A stretch of 64,000 nucleotides of DNA from Eledone cirrhosa (Eukaryota), in NCBI GenBank assembly GCA_964016885.1, contig OZ024742.1, forward strand, positions 38,998,001-39,062,000. Reading direction: 5' to 3'. Below, one piece after another: positions 12,001 through 24,000 of the stretch; positions within the stretch are counted from its first letter, which is position 1, and every line of letters begins with the position of its first letter. The translations under genes and the position numbers were made by a program. Under the pieces are notes generated by a model. The model was not told the origin of the DNA and did not search any database. It was given only the letters and a program-made list of their open reading frames with translations.

Positions 12001-15000
12001 GCAGTGTTGTTAGAGTGTCGGAAGGTGGTGGATTGGCCAGGGTAGTGGGTTGGCAGTGTTGTTAGAGTGTCGGAAGGTGGTGGATTGGCCAGGGTAGTGA
12101 GTTGGCAGTGTTGTTAGAGTGTCGGAAGGTGGTGGATTGGTCAGGGTAGTGAGTTGGCAGTGTTGTTAGAGTGTCGGAAGGTGGTGGATTGGCCAGGGTA
12201 GTGAGTTGGCAGTGTTGTTAGAGTGTCGGAAGGTGGTGGATTGGCCAGGGTAGTGAGTTGGCAGTGTTGTTAGAGTGTCGGAAGGTGGTGGATTGGCCAG
12301 GGTAGTGGGTTGGCAGTGTTGTTAGAGTGTCGGAAGGTGGTGGATTGGTCAGGGTAGTGAGTTGGCAGTGTTGTTAGAGTGTCGGAAGGTGGTGGATAGG
12401 CCAGGGTAGTGAGTTGGCAGTGTTGTTAGAGTGTCGGAAGGTGGTGGATTGGCCAGGGTAGTGAGTTGGCAGTGTTGTTAGAGTGTCGGAAGGTGGTGGA
12501 TTGGTCAGGGTAGTGAGTTGGCAGTGTTGTTAGAGTGTCGGAAGGTGGTGGATTGGCCAGGGTAGTGAGTTGGCAGTGTTGTTAGAGTGTCGGAAGGTGG
12601 TGGATAGGCCAGGGTAGTGAGTTGGCAGTGTTGTTAGAGTGTCGGAAGGTGGTGGATTGGTCAGGGTAGTGAGTTGGCAGTGTTGTTAGAGTGTCAGAAG
12701 GTGGTGGATTGGCCAGGGTAGTGAGTTGGCAGTGTTGTTAGAGTGTCGGAAGGTGGTGGATTGGCCAGGGTAGTGGGTTGGCAGTGTTGTTAGAGTGTCG
12801 GAAGGTGGTGGATTGGCCAGGGTAGTGAGTTGGCAGTGTTGTTAGAGTGTCGGAAGGTGGTGGATTGGTCAGGGTAGTGGGTTGGCAGTGTTGTTAGAGT
12901 GTCGGAAGGTGGTGGATTGGCCAGGGTAGTGAGTTGGCAGTGTTGTTAGAGTGTCGGAAGGTGGTGGATTGGCCAGGGTAGTGGGTTGGCAGTGTTGTTA
13001 GAGTGTCGGAAGGTGGTGGATTGGCCAGGGTAGTGAGTTGGCAGTGTTGTTAGAGTGTCGGAAGGTGGTGGATTGGTCAGGGTAGTGAGTTGGCAGTGTT
13101 GTTAGAGTGTCGGAAGGTGGTGGATTGGCCAGGGTAGTGAGTTGGCAGTGTTGTTAGAGTGTCGGAAGGTGGTGGATTGGCCAGGGTAGTGAGTTGGCAG
13201 TGTTGTTAGAGTGTCGGAAGGTGGTGGATTGGCCAGGGTAGTGAGTTGGCAGTGTTGTTAGAGTGTCGGAAGGTGGTGGATTGGTCAGGGTAGTGAGTTG
13301 GCAGTGTTGTTAGAGTGTCGGAAGGTGGTGGATTGGCCAGGGTAGTGAGTTGGCAGTGTTGTTAGAGTGTCGGGAGGTGGTGGATTGGCAAGGGTAGTGA
13401 GTTGGCAGTGTTGTTAGAGTGTCGGAAGGTGGTGGATTGGCCAGGGTAGTGGGTTGGCAGTGTTGTTAGAGTGTCGGAAGGTGGTGGATTGGCCAGGGTA
13501 GTGGGTTGGCAGTGTTGTTAGAGTGTCGGAAGGTGGTGGATTGGCAAGGGTAGTGGGTTGGCAGTGTTGTTAGAGTGTCGGAAGGTGGTGGATTGGCCAG
13601 GGTAGTGGGTTGGCAGTGTTGTTAGAGTGTCGGAAGGTGGTGGATTGGTCAGGGTAGTGAGTTGGCAGTGTTGTTAGAGTGTCGGAAGGTGGTGGATTGG
13701 CCAGGGTAGTGAGTTGGCAGTGTTGTTAGAGTGTCGGAAGGTGGTGGATTGGTCAGGGTAGTGAGTTGGCAGTGTTGTTAGAGTGTCGGGAGGTGGTGGA
13801 TAGGCAGGGTAGTGAGTTGGCAGTGTTGTTAGAGTGTCGGAAGGTGGTGGATTGGTCAGGGTAGTGAGTTGGCAGTGTTGTTAGAGTGTCGGGAGGTGGT
13901 GGATTGGTCAGGGTAGTGAGTTGGCAGTGTTGTTAGAGTGTCGGGAGGTGGTGGATTGGCCAGGGTAGTGAGTTGGCAGTGTTGTTAGAGTGTCGGGAGG
14001 TGGTGGATTGGTCAGGGTAGTGAGTTGGCAGTGTTGTTAGAGTGTCGGAAGGTGGTGGATTGGCCAGGGTAGTGAGTTGGCAGTGTTGTTAGAGTGTCGG
14101 AAGGTGGTGGATTGGCCAGGGTAGTGGGTTGGCAGTGTTGTTAGAGTGTCGGAAGGTGGTGGATTGGTCAGGGTAGTGAGTTGGCAGTGTTGTTAGAGTG
14201 TCGGAAGGTGGTGGATAGGCCAGGGTAGTGAGTTGGCAGTGTTGTTAGAGTGTCGGAAGGTGGTGGATTGGTCAGGGTAGTGAGTTGGCAGTGTTGTTAG
14301 AGTGTCGGGAGGTGGTGGATTGGTCAGGGTAGTGAGTTGGCAGTGTTGTTAGAGTGTCGGGAGGTGGTGGATTGGTCAGGGTAGTGAGTTGGCAGTGTTG
14401 TTAGAGTGTCGGGAGGTGGTGGATTGGTCAGGGTAGTGAGTTGGCAGTGTTGTTAGAGTGTCGGAAGGTGGTGGATTGGTCAGGGTAGTGAGTTGGCAGT
14501 TTTGTTAGAGTGTCGGAAGGTGGTGGATTGGCCAGGGTAGTGAGTTGGCAGTGTTGTTAGAGTGTCGGAAGGTGGTGGATTGGTCAGGGTAGTGAGTTGG
14601 CAGTGTTGTTAGAGTGTCGGGAGGTGGTGGATTGGTCAGGGTAGTGAGTTGGCAGTGTTGTTAGAGTGTCGGAAGGTGGTGGATTGGCAAGGGTAGTGGG
14701 TTGGCAGTGTTGTTAGAGTGTCGGGAGGTGGTGGATTGGTCAGGGTAGTGAGTTGGCAGTGTTGTTAGAGTGTCGGGAGGTGGTGGATTGGTCAGGGTAG
14801 TGAGTTGGCAGTGTTGTTAGAGTGTCGGAAGGTGGTGGATTGGTCAGGGTAGTGAGTTGGCAGTGTTGTTAGAGTGTCGGAAGGTGGTGGATTGGCCAGG
14901 GTAGTGAGTTGGCAGTGTTGTTAGAGTGTCGGAAGGTGGTGGATTGGCCAGGGTAGTGAGTTGGCAGTGTTGTTAGAGTGTCGGAAGGTGGTGGATTGGT

Positions 15001-18000
15001 CAGGGTAGTGAGTTGGCAGTGTTGTTAGAGTGTCGGGAGGTGGTGGATTGGTCAGGGTAGTGAGTTGGCAGTGTTGTTAGAGTGCCGGAAGGTGGTGGAT
15101 TGGCAAGGGTAGTGGGTTGGCAGTGTTGTTAGAGTGTCGGGAGGTGGTGGATTGGTCAGGGTAGTGAGTTGGCAGTGTTGTTAGAGTGTCGGGAGGTGGT
15201 GGATTGGTCAGGGTAGTGAGTTGGCAGTGTTGTTAGAGTGTCGGAAGGTGGTGGATTGGTCAGGGTAGTGAGTTGGCAGTGTTGTTAGAGTGTCGGAAGG
15301 TGGTGGATTGGCCAGGGTAGTGAGTTGGCAGTGTTGTTAGAGTGTCGGAAGGTGGTGGATTGGTCAGGGTAGTGAGTTGGCAGTGTTGTTAGAGTGTCGG
15401 GAGGTGGTGGATTGGTCAGGGTAGTGAGTTGGCAGTGTTGTTAGAGTGTCGGAAGGTGGTGGATTGGCAAGGGTAGTGGGTTGGCAGTGTTGTTAGAGTG
15501 TCGGAAGGTGGTGGATTGGCCAGGGTAGTGAGTTGGCAGTGTTGTTAGAGTGTCGGAAGGTGGTGGATTGGCAAGGGTAGTGAGTTGGCAGTGTTGTTAG
15601 AGTGTCGGAAGGTGGTGGATTGGTCAGGGTAGTGAGTTGGCAGTGTTGTTAGAGTGTCGGAAGGTGGTGGATTGGCAAGGGTAGTGAGTTGGCAGTGTTG
15701 TTAGAGTGTCGGAAGGTGGTGTATTGGCCAGGGTAGTGAGTTGGCAGTGTTGTTAGAGTGTCGGAAGGTGGTGGATTGGTCAGGGTAGTGAGTTGGCAGT
15801 GTTGTTAGAGTGTCGGGAGGTGGTGGATTGGTCAGGGTAGTAAGTTGGCAGTGTTGTTAGAGTGTCGGAAGGTGGTGGATTGGCCAGGGGAGTGAGTTGG
15901 CAGTGTTGTTAGAGTGTCGGGAGGTGGTGGATTGGTCAGGGTAGTGAGTTGGCAGTGTTGTTAGAGTGTCGGAAGGTGGTGGATTGGCCAGGGGAGTGAG
16001 TTGGCAGTGTTGTTAGAGTGTCGGGAGGTGGTGGATTGGTCAGGGTAGTGAGTTGGCAGTGTTGTTAGAGTGTCGGAAGGTGGTGGATTGGTCAGGGTAG
16101 TGAGTTGGCAGTGTTGTTAGAGTGTCGGGAGGTGGTGGATTGGTCAGGGTAGTGAGTTGGCAGTGTTGTTAGAGTGTCGGAAGGTGGTGGATTGGCAAGG
16201 GTAGTGAGTTGGCAGTGTTGTTAGAGTGTCGGAAGGTGGTGGATTGGTCAGGGTAGTGAGTTGGCAGTGTTGTTAGAGTGTCGGGAGGTGGTGGATTGGC
16301 CAGGGTAGTGAGTTGGCAGTGTTGTTAGAGTGTCGGAAGGTGGTGGATTGGCCAGGGTAGTGAGTTGGCAGTGTTGTTAGAGTGTCGGAAGCTGGTGGAT
16401 TGGCCAGGGTAGTGAGTTGGCAGTGTTGTTAGAGTGTCGGGAGGTGGTGGATTGGCCAGGGGAGTGGGTTGGCAGTGTTGTTAGAGTGTCGGAAGGTGGT
16501 GGATTGGTCAGGGTAGTGAGTTGGCAGTGTTGTTAGAGTGTCGGAAGGTGGTGGATTGGCAAGGGTAGTGAGTTGGCAGTGTTGTTAGAGTGTCGGAAGG
16601 TGGTGGATTGGTCAGGGTAGTGAGTTGGCAGTGTTGTTAGAGTGTCGGGAGGTGGTGGATTGGCCAGGGTATTGAGTTGGCAGTGTTGTTAGAGTGTCGG
16701 AAGGTGGTGGATTGGTCAGGGTAGTGAGTTGGCAGTGTTGTTAGAGTGTCGGAAGGTGGTGGATTGGCAAGGGTAGTGAGTTGGCAGTGTTGTTAGATTG
16801 TCGGAAGGTGGTGGATTGGTCAGGGTAGTGAGTTGGCAGTGTTGTTAGAGTGTCGGAGGTGGTGGATTGGCCAGGGTAGTGAGTTGGCAGTGTTGTTAGA
16901 GTGTCGGAAGGTGGTGGATTGGCCAGGGTAGTGAGTTGGCAGTGTTGTTAGAGTGTCGGAGGTGGTGGATTGGCCAGGGGAGTGGGTTGGCAGTGTTGTT
17001 AGAGTGTCGGAAGGTGGTGGATTGGTCAGGGTAGTGAGTTGGCAGTGTTGTTAGAGTGTCGGAAGGTGGTGGATTGGTCAGGGTAGTGAGTTGGCAGTGT
17101 TGTTAGAGTGTCGGAAGGTGGTGGATTGGCAAGGGTAGTGAGTTGGCAGTGTTGTTAGAGTGTCGGAAGGTGGTGGATTGGTCAGGGTAGTGAGTTGGCA
17201 GTGTTGTTAGAGTGTCGGGAGGTGGTGGATTGGCAAGGGTAGTGGGTTGGCAGTGTTGTTAGAGTGTCGGAAGGTGGTGGATTGGCAAGGGTAGTGGGTT
17301 GGCAGTGTTGTTGGAGTGTCGGGAGGTGGTGGATTGGCCAGGGAGTGGGTTGGCAGTGTTGTTAGAGTGTCGGAAGGTGGTGGATTGGTCAGGGTAGTGA
17401 GTTGGCAGTGTTGTTAGAGTGTCGGAAGGTGGTGGATTGGTCAGGGTAGTGAGTTGGCAGTGTTGTTAGAGTGTCGGGAGGTGGTGGATTGGTCAGGGTA
17501 GTGAGTTGGCAGTGTTGTTAGAGTGTCGGGAGGTGGTGGATTGGTCAGGGTAGTGAGTTGGCAGTGTTGTTAGAGTGTCGGGAGGTGGTGGATAGGTCAG
17601 GGTAGTGAGTTGGCAGTGTTGTTAGAATGTCGGAAGGTGGTGGATTGGCCAGGGTAGTGAGTTGGCAGTGTTGTTAAAGTGTCGGGAGGTGGTGGATAGG
17701 TCAGGGTAGTGAGTTGGCAGTGTTGTTAGAGTGTCGGAAGGTGGTGGATTGGCCAGGGTAGTGAGTTGGCAGTGTTGTTAGAGTGTCGGGAGGTGGTGGA
17801 TAGGTCAGGGTAGTGAGTTGGCAGTGTTGTTAGAGTGTCGGAAGGTGGTGGATTGGCCAGGGTAGTGAGTTGGCAGTGTTGTTAGTGTCGGGAGGTGGTG
17901 GATTGGTCAGGGTAGTGAGTTGGCAGTGTTGTTAGTGTCGGGAGGTGGTGGATTGGTCAGGGTAGTGAGTTGGCAGTGTTGTTAGAGTGTCGGAAGGTGG

Positions 18001-21000
18001 TGGATTGGTCAGGGTAGTGAGTTGGCAGTGTTGTTAGAATGTCGGAAGGTGGTGGATTGGTCAGGGTAGTGAGTTGGCAGTGTTGTTAGAGTGTCGGGAG
18101 GTGGTGGATTGGCCAGGGTAGTGAGTTGGCAGTGTTGTTAGAGTGTCGGAAGGTGGTGGATTGGTCAGGGTAGTGAGTTCGCAGTGTTGTTAGAGTGTCG
18201 GAAGGTGGTGGATTGGCCAGGGTAGTGAGTTGGCAGTGTTGTTAGAGTGTCGGGAGGTGGTGGATTGGCCAGGGTAGTGAGTTGGCAGTGTTGTTAGAGT
18301 GTCGGGAGGTGGTGGATTGGCCAGGGTAGTGAGTTGGCAGTGTTGTTAGAGTGTCGGAAGGTGGTGGATTGGTCAGGGTAGTGGGTTGGCAGTGTTGTTA
18401 GAGTGTCGGGAGGTGGTGGATTGGCCAGGGTAGTGAGTTGGCAGTGTTGTTAGAGTGTCGGGAGGTGGTGGATTGGCCAGGGTAGTGAGTTGGCAGTGTT
18501 GTTAGAGTGTCGGAAGGTGGTGGATTGGCCAGGGTAGTGGGTTGGCAGTGTTGTTAGAGTGTCGGAAGGTGGTGGATTGGTCAGGGTAGTGAGTTAGCAG
18601 TGTTGTTAGAGTGTCGGGAGGTGGTGGATTGGCCAGGGTAGTGAGTTGGCAGTGTTGTTAGAGTGTCGGAAGGTGGTGGATTGGCCAGGGTAGTGGGTTG
18701 GCAGTGTTGTTAGAGTGTCGGAAGGTGGTGGATTGGTCAGGGTAGTGAGTTGGCAGTGTTGTTAGAGTGTCGGGAGGTGGTGGATTGGCCAGGGTAGTGA
18801 GTTGGCAGTGTTGTTAGAGTGTCGGGAGGTGGTGGATTGGTCAGGGTAGTGAGTTGGCAGTGTTGTTAGAGTGTCGGAAGGTGGTGGATTGGCCAGGGTA
18901 GTGAGTTGGCAGTGTTGTTAGTGTCGGGAGGTGGTGGATTGGTCAGGGTAGTGAGTTGGCAGTGTTGTTAGTGTCGGGAGGTGGTGGATTGGTCAGGGTA
19001 GTGAGTTGGCAGTGTTGTTAGAGTGTCGGAAGGTGGTGGATTGGCCAGGGTAGTGAGTTGGCAGTGTTGTTAGTGTCGGGAGGTGGTGGATTGGTCAGGG
19101 TAGTGAGTTGGCAGTGTTGTTAGTGTCGGGAGGTGGTGGATTGGTCAGGGTAGTGAGTTGGCAGTGTTGTTAGAGTGTCGGAAGGTGGTGGATTGGTCAG
19201 GGTAGTGAGTTGGCAGTGTTGTTAGAGTGTCGGAAGGTGGTGGATTGGTCAGGGTAGTGAGTTGGCAGTGTTGTTAGACCGTCGGGAGGTGGTGGATTGG
19301 CCAGGGTAGTGAGTTGGCAGTGTTGTTAGAGTGTCGGGAGGTGGTGGATTGGTCAGGGTAGTGAGTTGGCAGTGTTGTTAGAGTGTCGGAAGGTGGTGGA
19401 TTGGTCAGGGTAGTGAGTTGGCAGTGTTGTTAGAGTGTCGGAAGGTGGTGGATTGGTCAGGGTAGTGAGTTGGCAGTGTTGTTAGAGTGTCGGGAGGTGG
19501 TGGATTGGCCAGGGTAGTGAGTTGGCAGTGTTGTTAGAGTGTCGGGAGGTGGTGGATTGGCCAGGGTAGTGAGTTGGCAGTGTTGTTAGAGTGTCGGGAG
19601 GTGGTGGATTGGCCAGGGTAGTGAGTTGGCAGTGTTGTTAGAGTGTCGGGAGGTGGTGGATTGGTCAGGGTAGTGAGTTGGCAGTGTTGTTAGAGTGTCG
19701 GGAGGTGGTGGATTGGCCAGGGTAGTGAGTTGGCAGTGTTGTTAGAGTGTCGGAAGGTGGTGGATTGGTCAGGGTAGTGAGTTGGCAGTGTTGTTAGAGT
19801 GTCGGGAGGTGGTGGATTGGTCAGGGTAGTGAGTTGGCAGTGTTGTTAGAGTGTCGGAAGATGGTGGATTGGCCAGGGTAGTGAGTTGGCAGTGTTGTTA
19901 GAGTGTCGGGAGGTGGTGGATTGGCCAGGGTAGTGAGTTGGCAGTGTTGTTAGAGTGTCGGAAGGTGGTGGATTGGCCAGGGTAGTGAGTTGGCAGTGTT
20001 GTTAGTGTCGGGAGGTGGTGGATTGGTCAGGGTAGTGAGTTGGCAGTGTTGTTAGAGTGTCGGAAGGTGGTGGATTGGCCAGGGTAGTGAGTTGGCAGTG
20101 TTGTTAGAGTGTCGGGAGGTGGTGGATTGGCCAGGGTAGTGAGTTGGCAGTGTTGTTAGTGTCGGGAGGTGGTGGATTGGTCAGGGTAGTGAGTTGGCAG
20201 TGTTGTTAGAGTGTCGGAAGGTGGTGGATTGGCCAGGGTAGTGAGTTGGCAGTGTTGTTAGAGTGTCGGGAGGTGGTGGATTGGCCAGGGTAGTGAGTTG
20301 GCAGTGTTGTTAGAGTGTCGGGAGGTGGTGGATTGGCCAGGGTAGTGAGTTGGCAGTGTTGTTAGAGTGTCGGGAGGTGGTGGATTGGTCAGGGTAGTGA
20401 GTTGGCAGTGTTGTTAGAGTGTCGGAAGGTGGTGGATTGGTCAGGGTAGTGAGTTGGCAGTGTTGTTAGAGTGTCGGGAGGTGGTGGATTGGCCAGGGTA
20501 GTGAGTTGGCAGTGTTGTTAGAGTGTCGGAAGGTGGTGGATTGGTCAGGGTAGTGAGTTGGCAGTGTTGTTAGAGTGTCGGGAGGTGGTGGTTTGGTCAG
20601 GGTAGTGAGTTGGCAGTGTTGTTAGAGTGTCGGAAGGTGGTGGATTGGTCAGGGTAGTGAGTTGGCAGTGTTGTTAGAGTGTCGGGAGGTGGTGGATTGG
20701 CCAGGGTAGTGAGTTGGCAGTGTTGTTAGAGTGTCGGAAGGTGGTGGATTGGTCAGGGTAGTGAGTTGGCAGTGTTGTTAGAGTGTCGGAAGGTGGTGGA
20801 TTGGTCAGGGTAGTGAGTTGGCAGTGTTGTTAGAGTGTCGGGAGGTGGTGGATTGGCCAGGGTAGTGAGTTGGCAGTGTTGTTAGAGTGTCGGAAGGTGG
20901 TGGATTGGTCAGGGTAGTGAGTTGGCAGTGTTGTTAGAGTGTCGGAAGGTGGTGGATTGGTCAGGGTAGTGAGTTGGCAGTGTTACTAGAGTGTCGGGAG

Positions 21001-24000
21001 GTGGTGGATTGGTCAGGGTAGTGAGTTGGCAGTGTTGTTAGAGTGTCGGGAGGTGGTGGATTGGCCAGGGTAGTGAGTTGGCAGTGTTGTTAGAGTGTCG
21101 GGAGGTGGTGGATAGGCCAGGGTAGTGAGTTGGCAGTGTTGTTAGAGTGTCGGAAGGTGGTGGATTGGCCAGGGTAGTGAGTTGGCAGTGTTGTTAGAGT
21201 GTCGGGAGGTGGTGGATTGGCCAGGGTAGTGAGTTGGCAGTGTTGTTAGAGTGTCGGGAGGTGGTGGATAGGCCAGGGTAGTGAGTTGGCAGTGTTGTTA
21301 GAGTGTCGGGAGGTGGTGGATTGGCAAGGGTAGTGAGTTGGCAGTGTTGTTAGTGTCGGGAGGTGGTGGATTCGTCAGGGTAGTGAGTTGGCAGTGTTGT
21401 TAGTGTCGGGAGGTGGTGGATTGGTCAGGGTAGTGAGTTGGCAGTGTTGTTAGAGTGTCGGGAGGTGGTGGATTGGTCAGGGTAGTGAGTTGGCAGTGTT
21501 GTTAGTGTCGGGAGGTGGTGGATTGGTCAGGGTAGTGAGTTGGCAGTGTTGTTAGAGTGTCGGAAGGTGGTGGATTGGTCAGGGTAGTGAGAGTTGGCAG
21601 TGTTGTTAGAGTGTCGGGAGGTGGTGGATTGGCCAGGGTAGTGAGTTGGCAGTGTTGTTAGAGTGTCGGGAGGTGGTGGATAGGCCAGGGTAGTGAGTTG
21701 GCAGTGTTGTTAGAGTGTCGGAAGGTGGTGGATTGGCCAGGGTAGTGAGTTGGCAGTGTTGTTAGAGTGTCGGAAGGTGGTGGATTGGTCAGGGTAGTGA
21801 GTTGGCAGTGTTGTTAGAGTGTCGGAAGGTGGTGGATTGGTCAGGGTAGTGAGTTGGCAGTGTTATTAGAGTGTCGGGAGGTGGTGGATTGGTCAGGGTA
21901 GTGAGTTGGCAGTGTTGTTAGAGTGTCGGGAGGTGGTGGATTGGCCAGGGTAGTGAGTTGGCAGTGTTGTTAGAGTGTCGGGAGGTGGTGGATAGGCCAG
22001 GGTAGTGAGTTGGCAGTGTTGTTAGAGTGTCGGGAGGTGGTGGATTGGCAAGGGTAGTGAGTTGGCAGTGTTGTTAGTGTCGGGAGGTGGTGGATTGGTC
22101 AGGGTAGTGAGTTGGCAGTGTTGTTAGTGTCGGGAGGTGGTGGATTGGTCAGGGTAGTGAGTTGGCAGTGTTGTTAGAGTGTCGGGAGGTGGTGGATTGG
22201 TCAGGGTAGTGAGTTGGCAGTGTTGTTAGTGTCGGGAGGTGGTGGATTGGTCAGGGTAGTGAGTTGGCAGTGTTGTTAGAGTGTCGGAAGGTGGTGGATT
22301 GGTCAGGGTAGTGAGTTGGCAGTGTTGTTAGTGTCGGGAGGTGGTGGATTGGTCAGGGTAGTGAGTTGGCAGTGTTGTTAGTGTCGGGAGGTGGTGGATT
22401 GGTCAGGGTAGTGAGTTGGCAGTGTTGTTAGTGTCGGGAGGTGGTGGATTGGTCAGGGTAGTGAGTTGGCAGTGTTGTTAGAGTGTCGGGAGGTGGTGGA
22501 TTGGTCAGGGTAGTGAGTTGGCAGTGTTGTTAGTGTCGGGAGGTGGTGGATTGGTCAGGGTAGTGAGTTGGCAGTGTTGTTAGAGTGTCGGAAGGTGGTG
22601 GATTGGTCAGGGTAGTGAGTTGGCAGTGTTGTTAGTGTCGGGAGCTGGTGGATTGGTCAGGGTAGTGAGTTGGCAGTGTTGTTAGTGTCGGGAGGTGGTG
22701 GATTGGTCAGGGTAGTGAGTTGGCAGTGTTGTTAGAGTGTCGGGAGGTGGTGGATTGGTCAGGGTAGTGAGTTGGCAGTGTTGTTAGTGTCGGGAGGTGG
22801 TGGATTGGTCAGGGTAGTGAGTTGGCAGTGTTGTTAGAGTGTCGGAAGGTGGTGGATTGGTCAGGGTAGTGAGTTGGCAGTGTTGTTAGTGTCGGGAGGT
22901 GGTGGATTGGTCAGGGTAGTGAGTTGGCAGTGTTGTTAGAGTGTCGGGAGGTGGTGGATTGGCCAGGGTAGTGAGTTGGCAGTGTTGTTAGAGTGTCGGA
23001 AGGTGGTGGATTGGTCAGGGTAGTGAGTTGGCAGTGTTGTTAGAGTGTCGGGAGGTGGTGGATTGGCAAGGGTAGTGAGTTGGCAGTGTTGTTAGAGTGT
23101 CGGGAGGTGGTGGATTGGCAAGGGTAGTGAGTTGGCAGTGTTGTTAGTGTCGGGAGGTGGTGGATTGGTCAGGGTAGTGAGTTGGCAGTGTTGTTAGTGT
23201 CGGGAGGTGGTGGATTGGTCAGGGTAGTGAGTTGGCAGTGTTGTTAGAGTGTCGGGAGGTGGTGGATTGGCCAGGGTAGTGAGTTGGCAGTGTTGTTAGA
23301 GTGTCGGAAGGTGGTGGATTGGTCAGGGTAGTGAGTTAGCAGTGTTGTTAGAGTGTCGGGAGGTGGTGGATTGGCAAGGGTAGTGAGTTGGCAGTGTTGT
23401 TAGAGTGTCGGGAGGTGGTGGATTGGCAAGGGTAGTGAGTTGGCAGTGTTGTTAGTGTCGGGAGGTGGTGGATTGGTCAGGGTAGTGAGTTGGCAGTGTT
23501 GTTAGTGTCGGGAGGTGGTGGATTGGTCAGGGTAGTGAGTTGGCAGTGTTGTTAGAGTGTCGGGAGGTGGTGGATTGGCAAGGGTAGTGAGTTGGCAGTG
23601 TTGTTAGAGTGTCGGGAGGTGGTGGATTGGCAAGGGTAGTGAGTTGGCAGTGTTGTTAGTGTCGGGAGGTGGTGGATTGGTCAGGGTAGTGAGTTGGCAG
23701 TGTTGTTAGTGTCGGGAGGTGGTGGATTGGTCAGGGTAGTGAGTTGGCAGTTTTGTTAGAGTGTCGGGAGGTGGTGGATTGGTCAGGGTAGTGAGTTGGC
23801 AGTGTTGTTAGTGTCGGGAGGTGGTGGATTGGTCAGGGTAGTGAGTTGGCAGTGTTGTTAGAGTGTCGGGAGGTGGTGGATTGGTCAGGGTAGTGAGTTG
23901 GCAGTGTTGTTAGTGTCGGGAGGTGGTGGATTGGTCAGGGTAGTGAGTTGGCAGTGTTGTTAGAGTGTCGGGAGGTGGTGGATTGGTCAGGGTAGTGAGT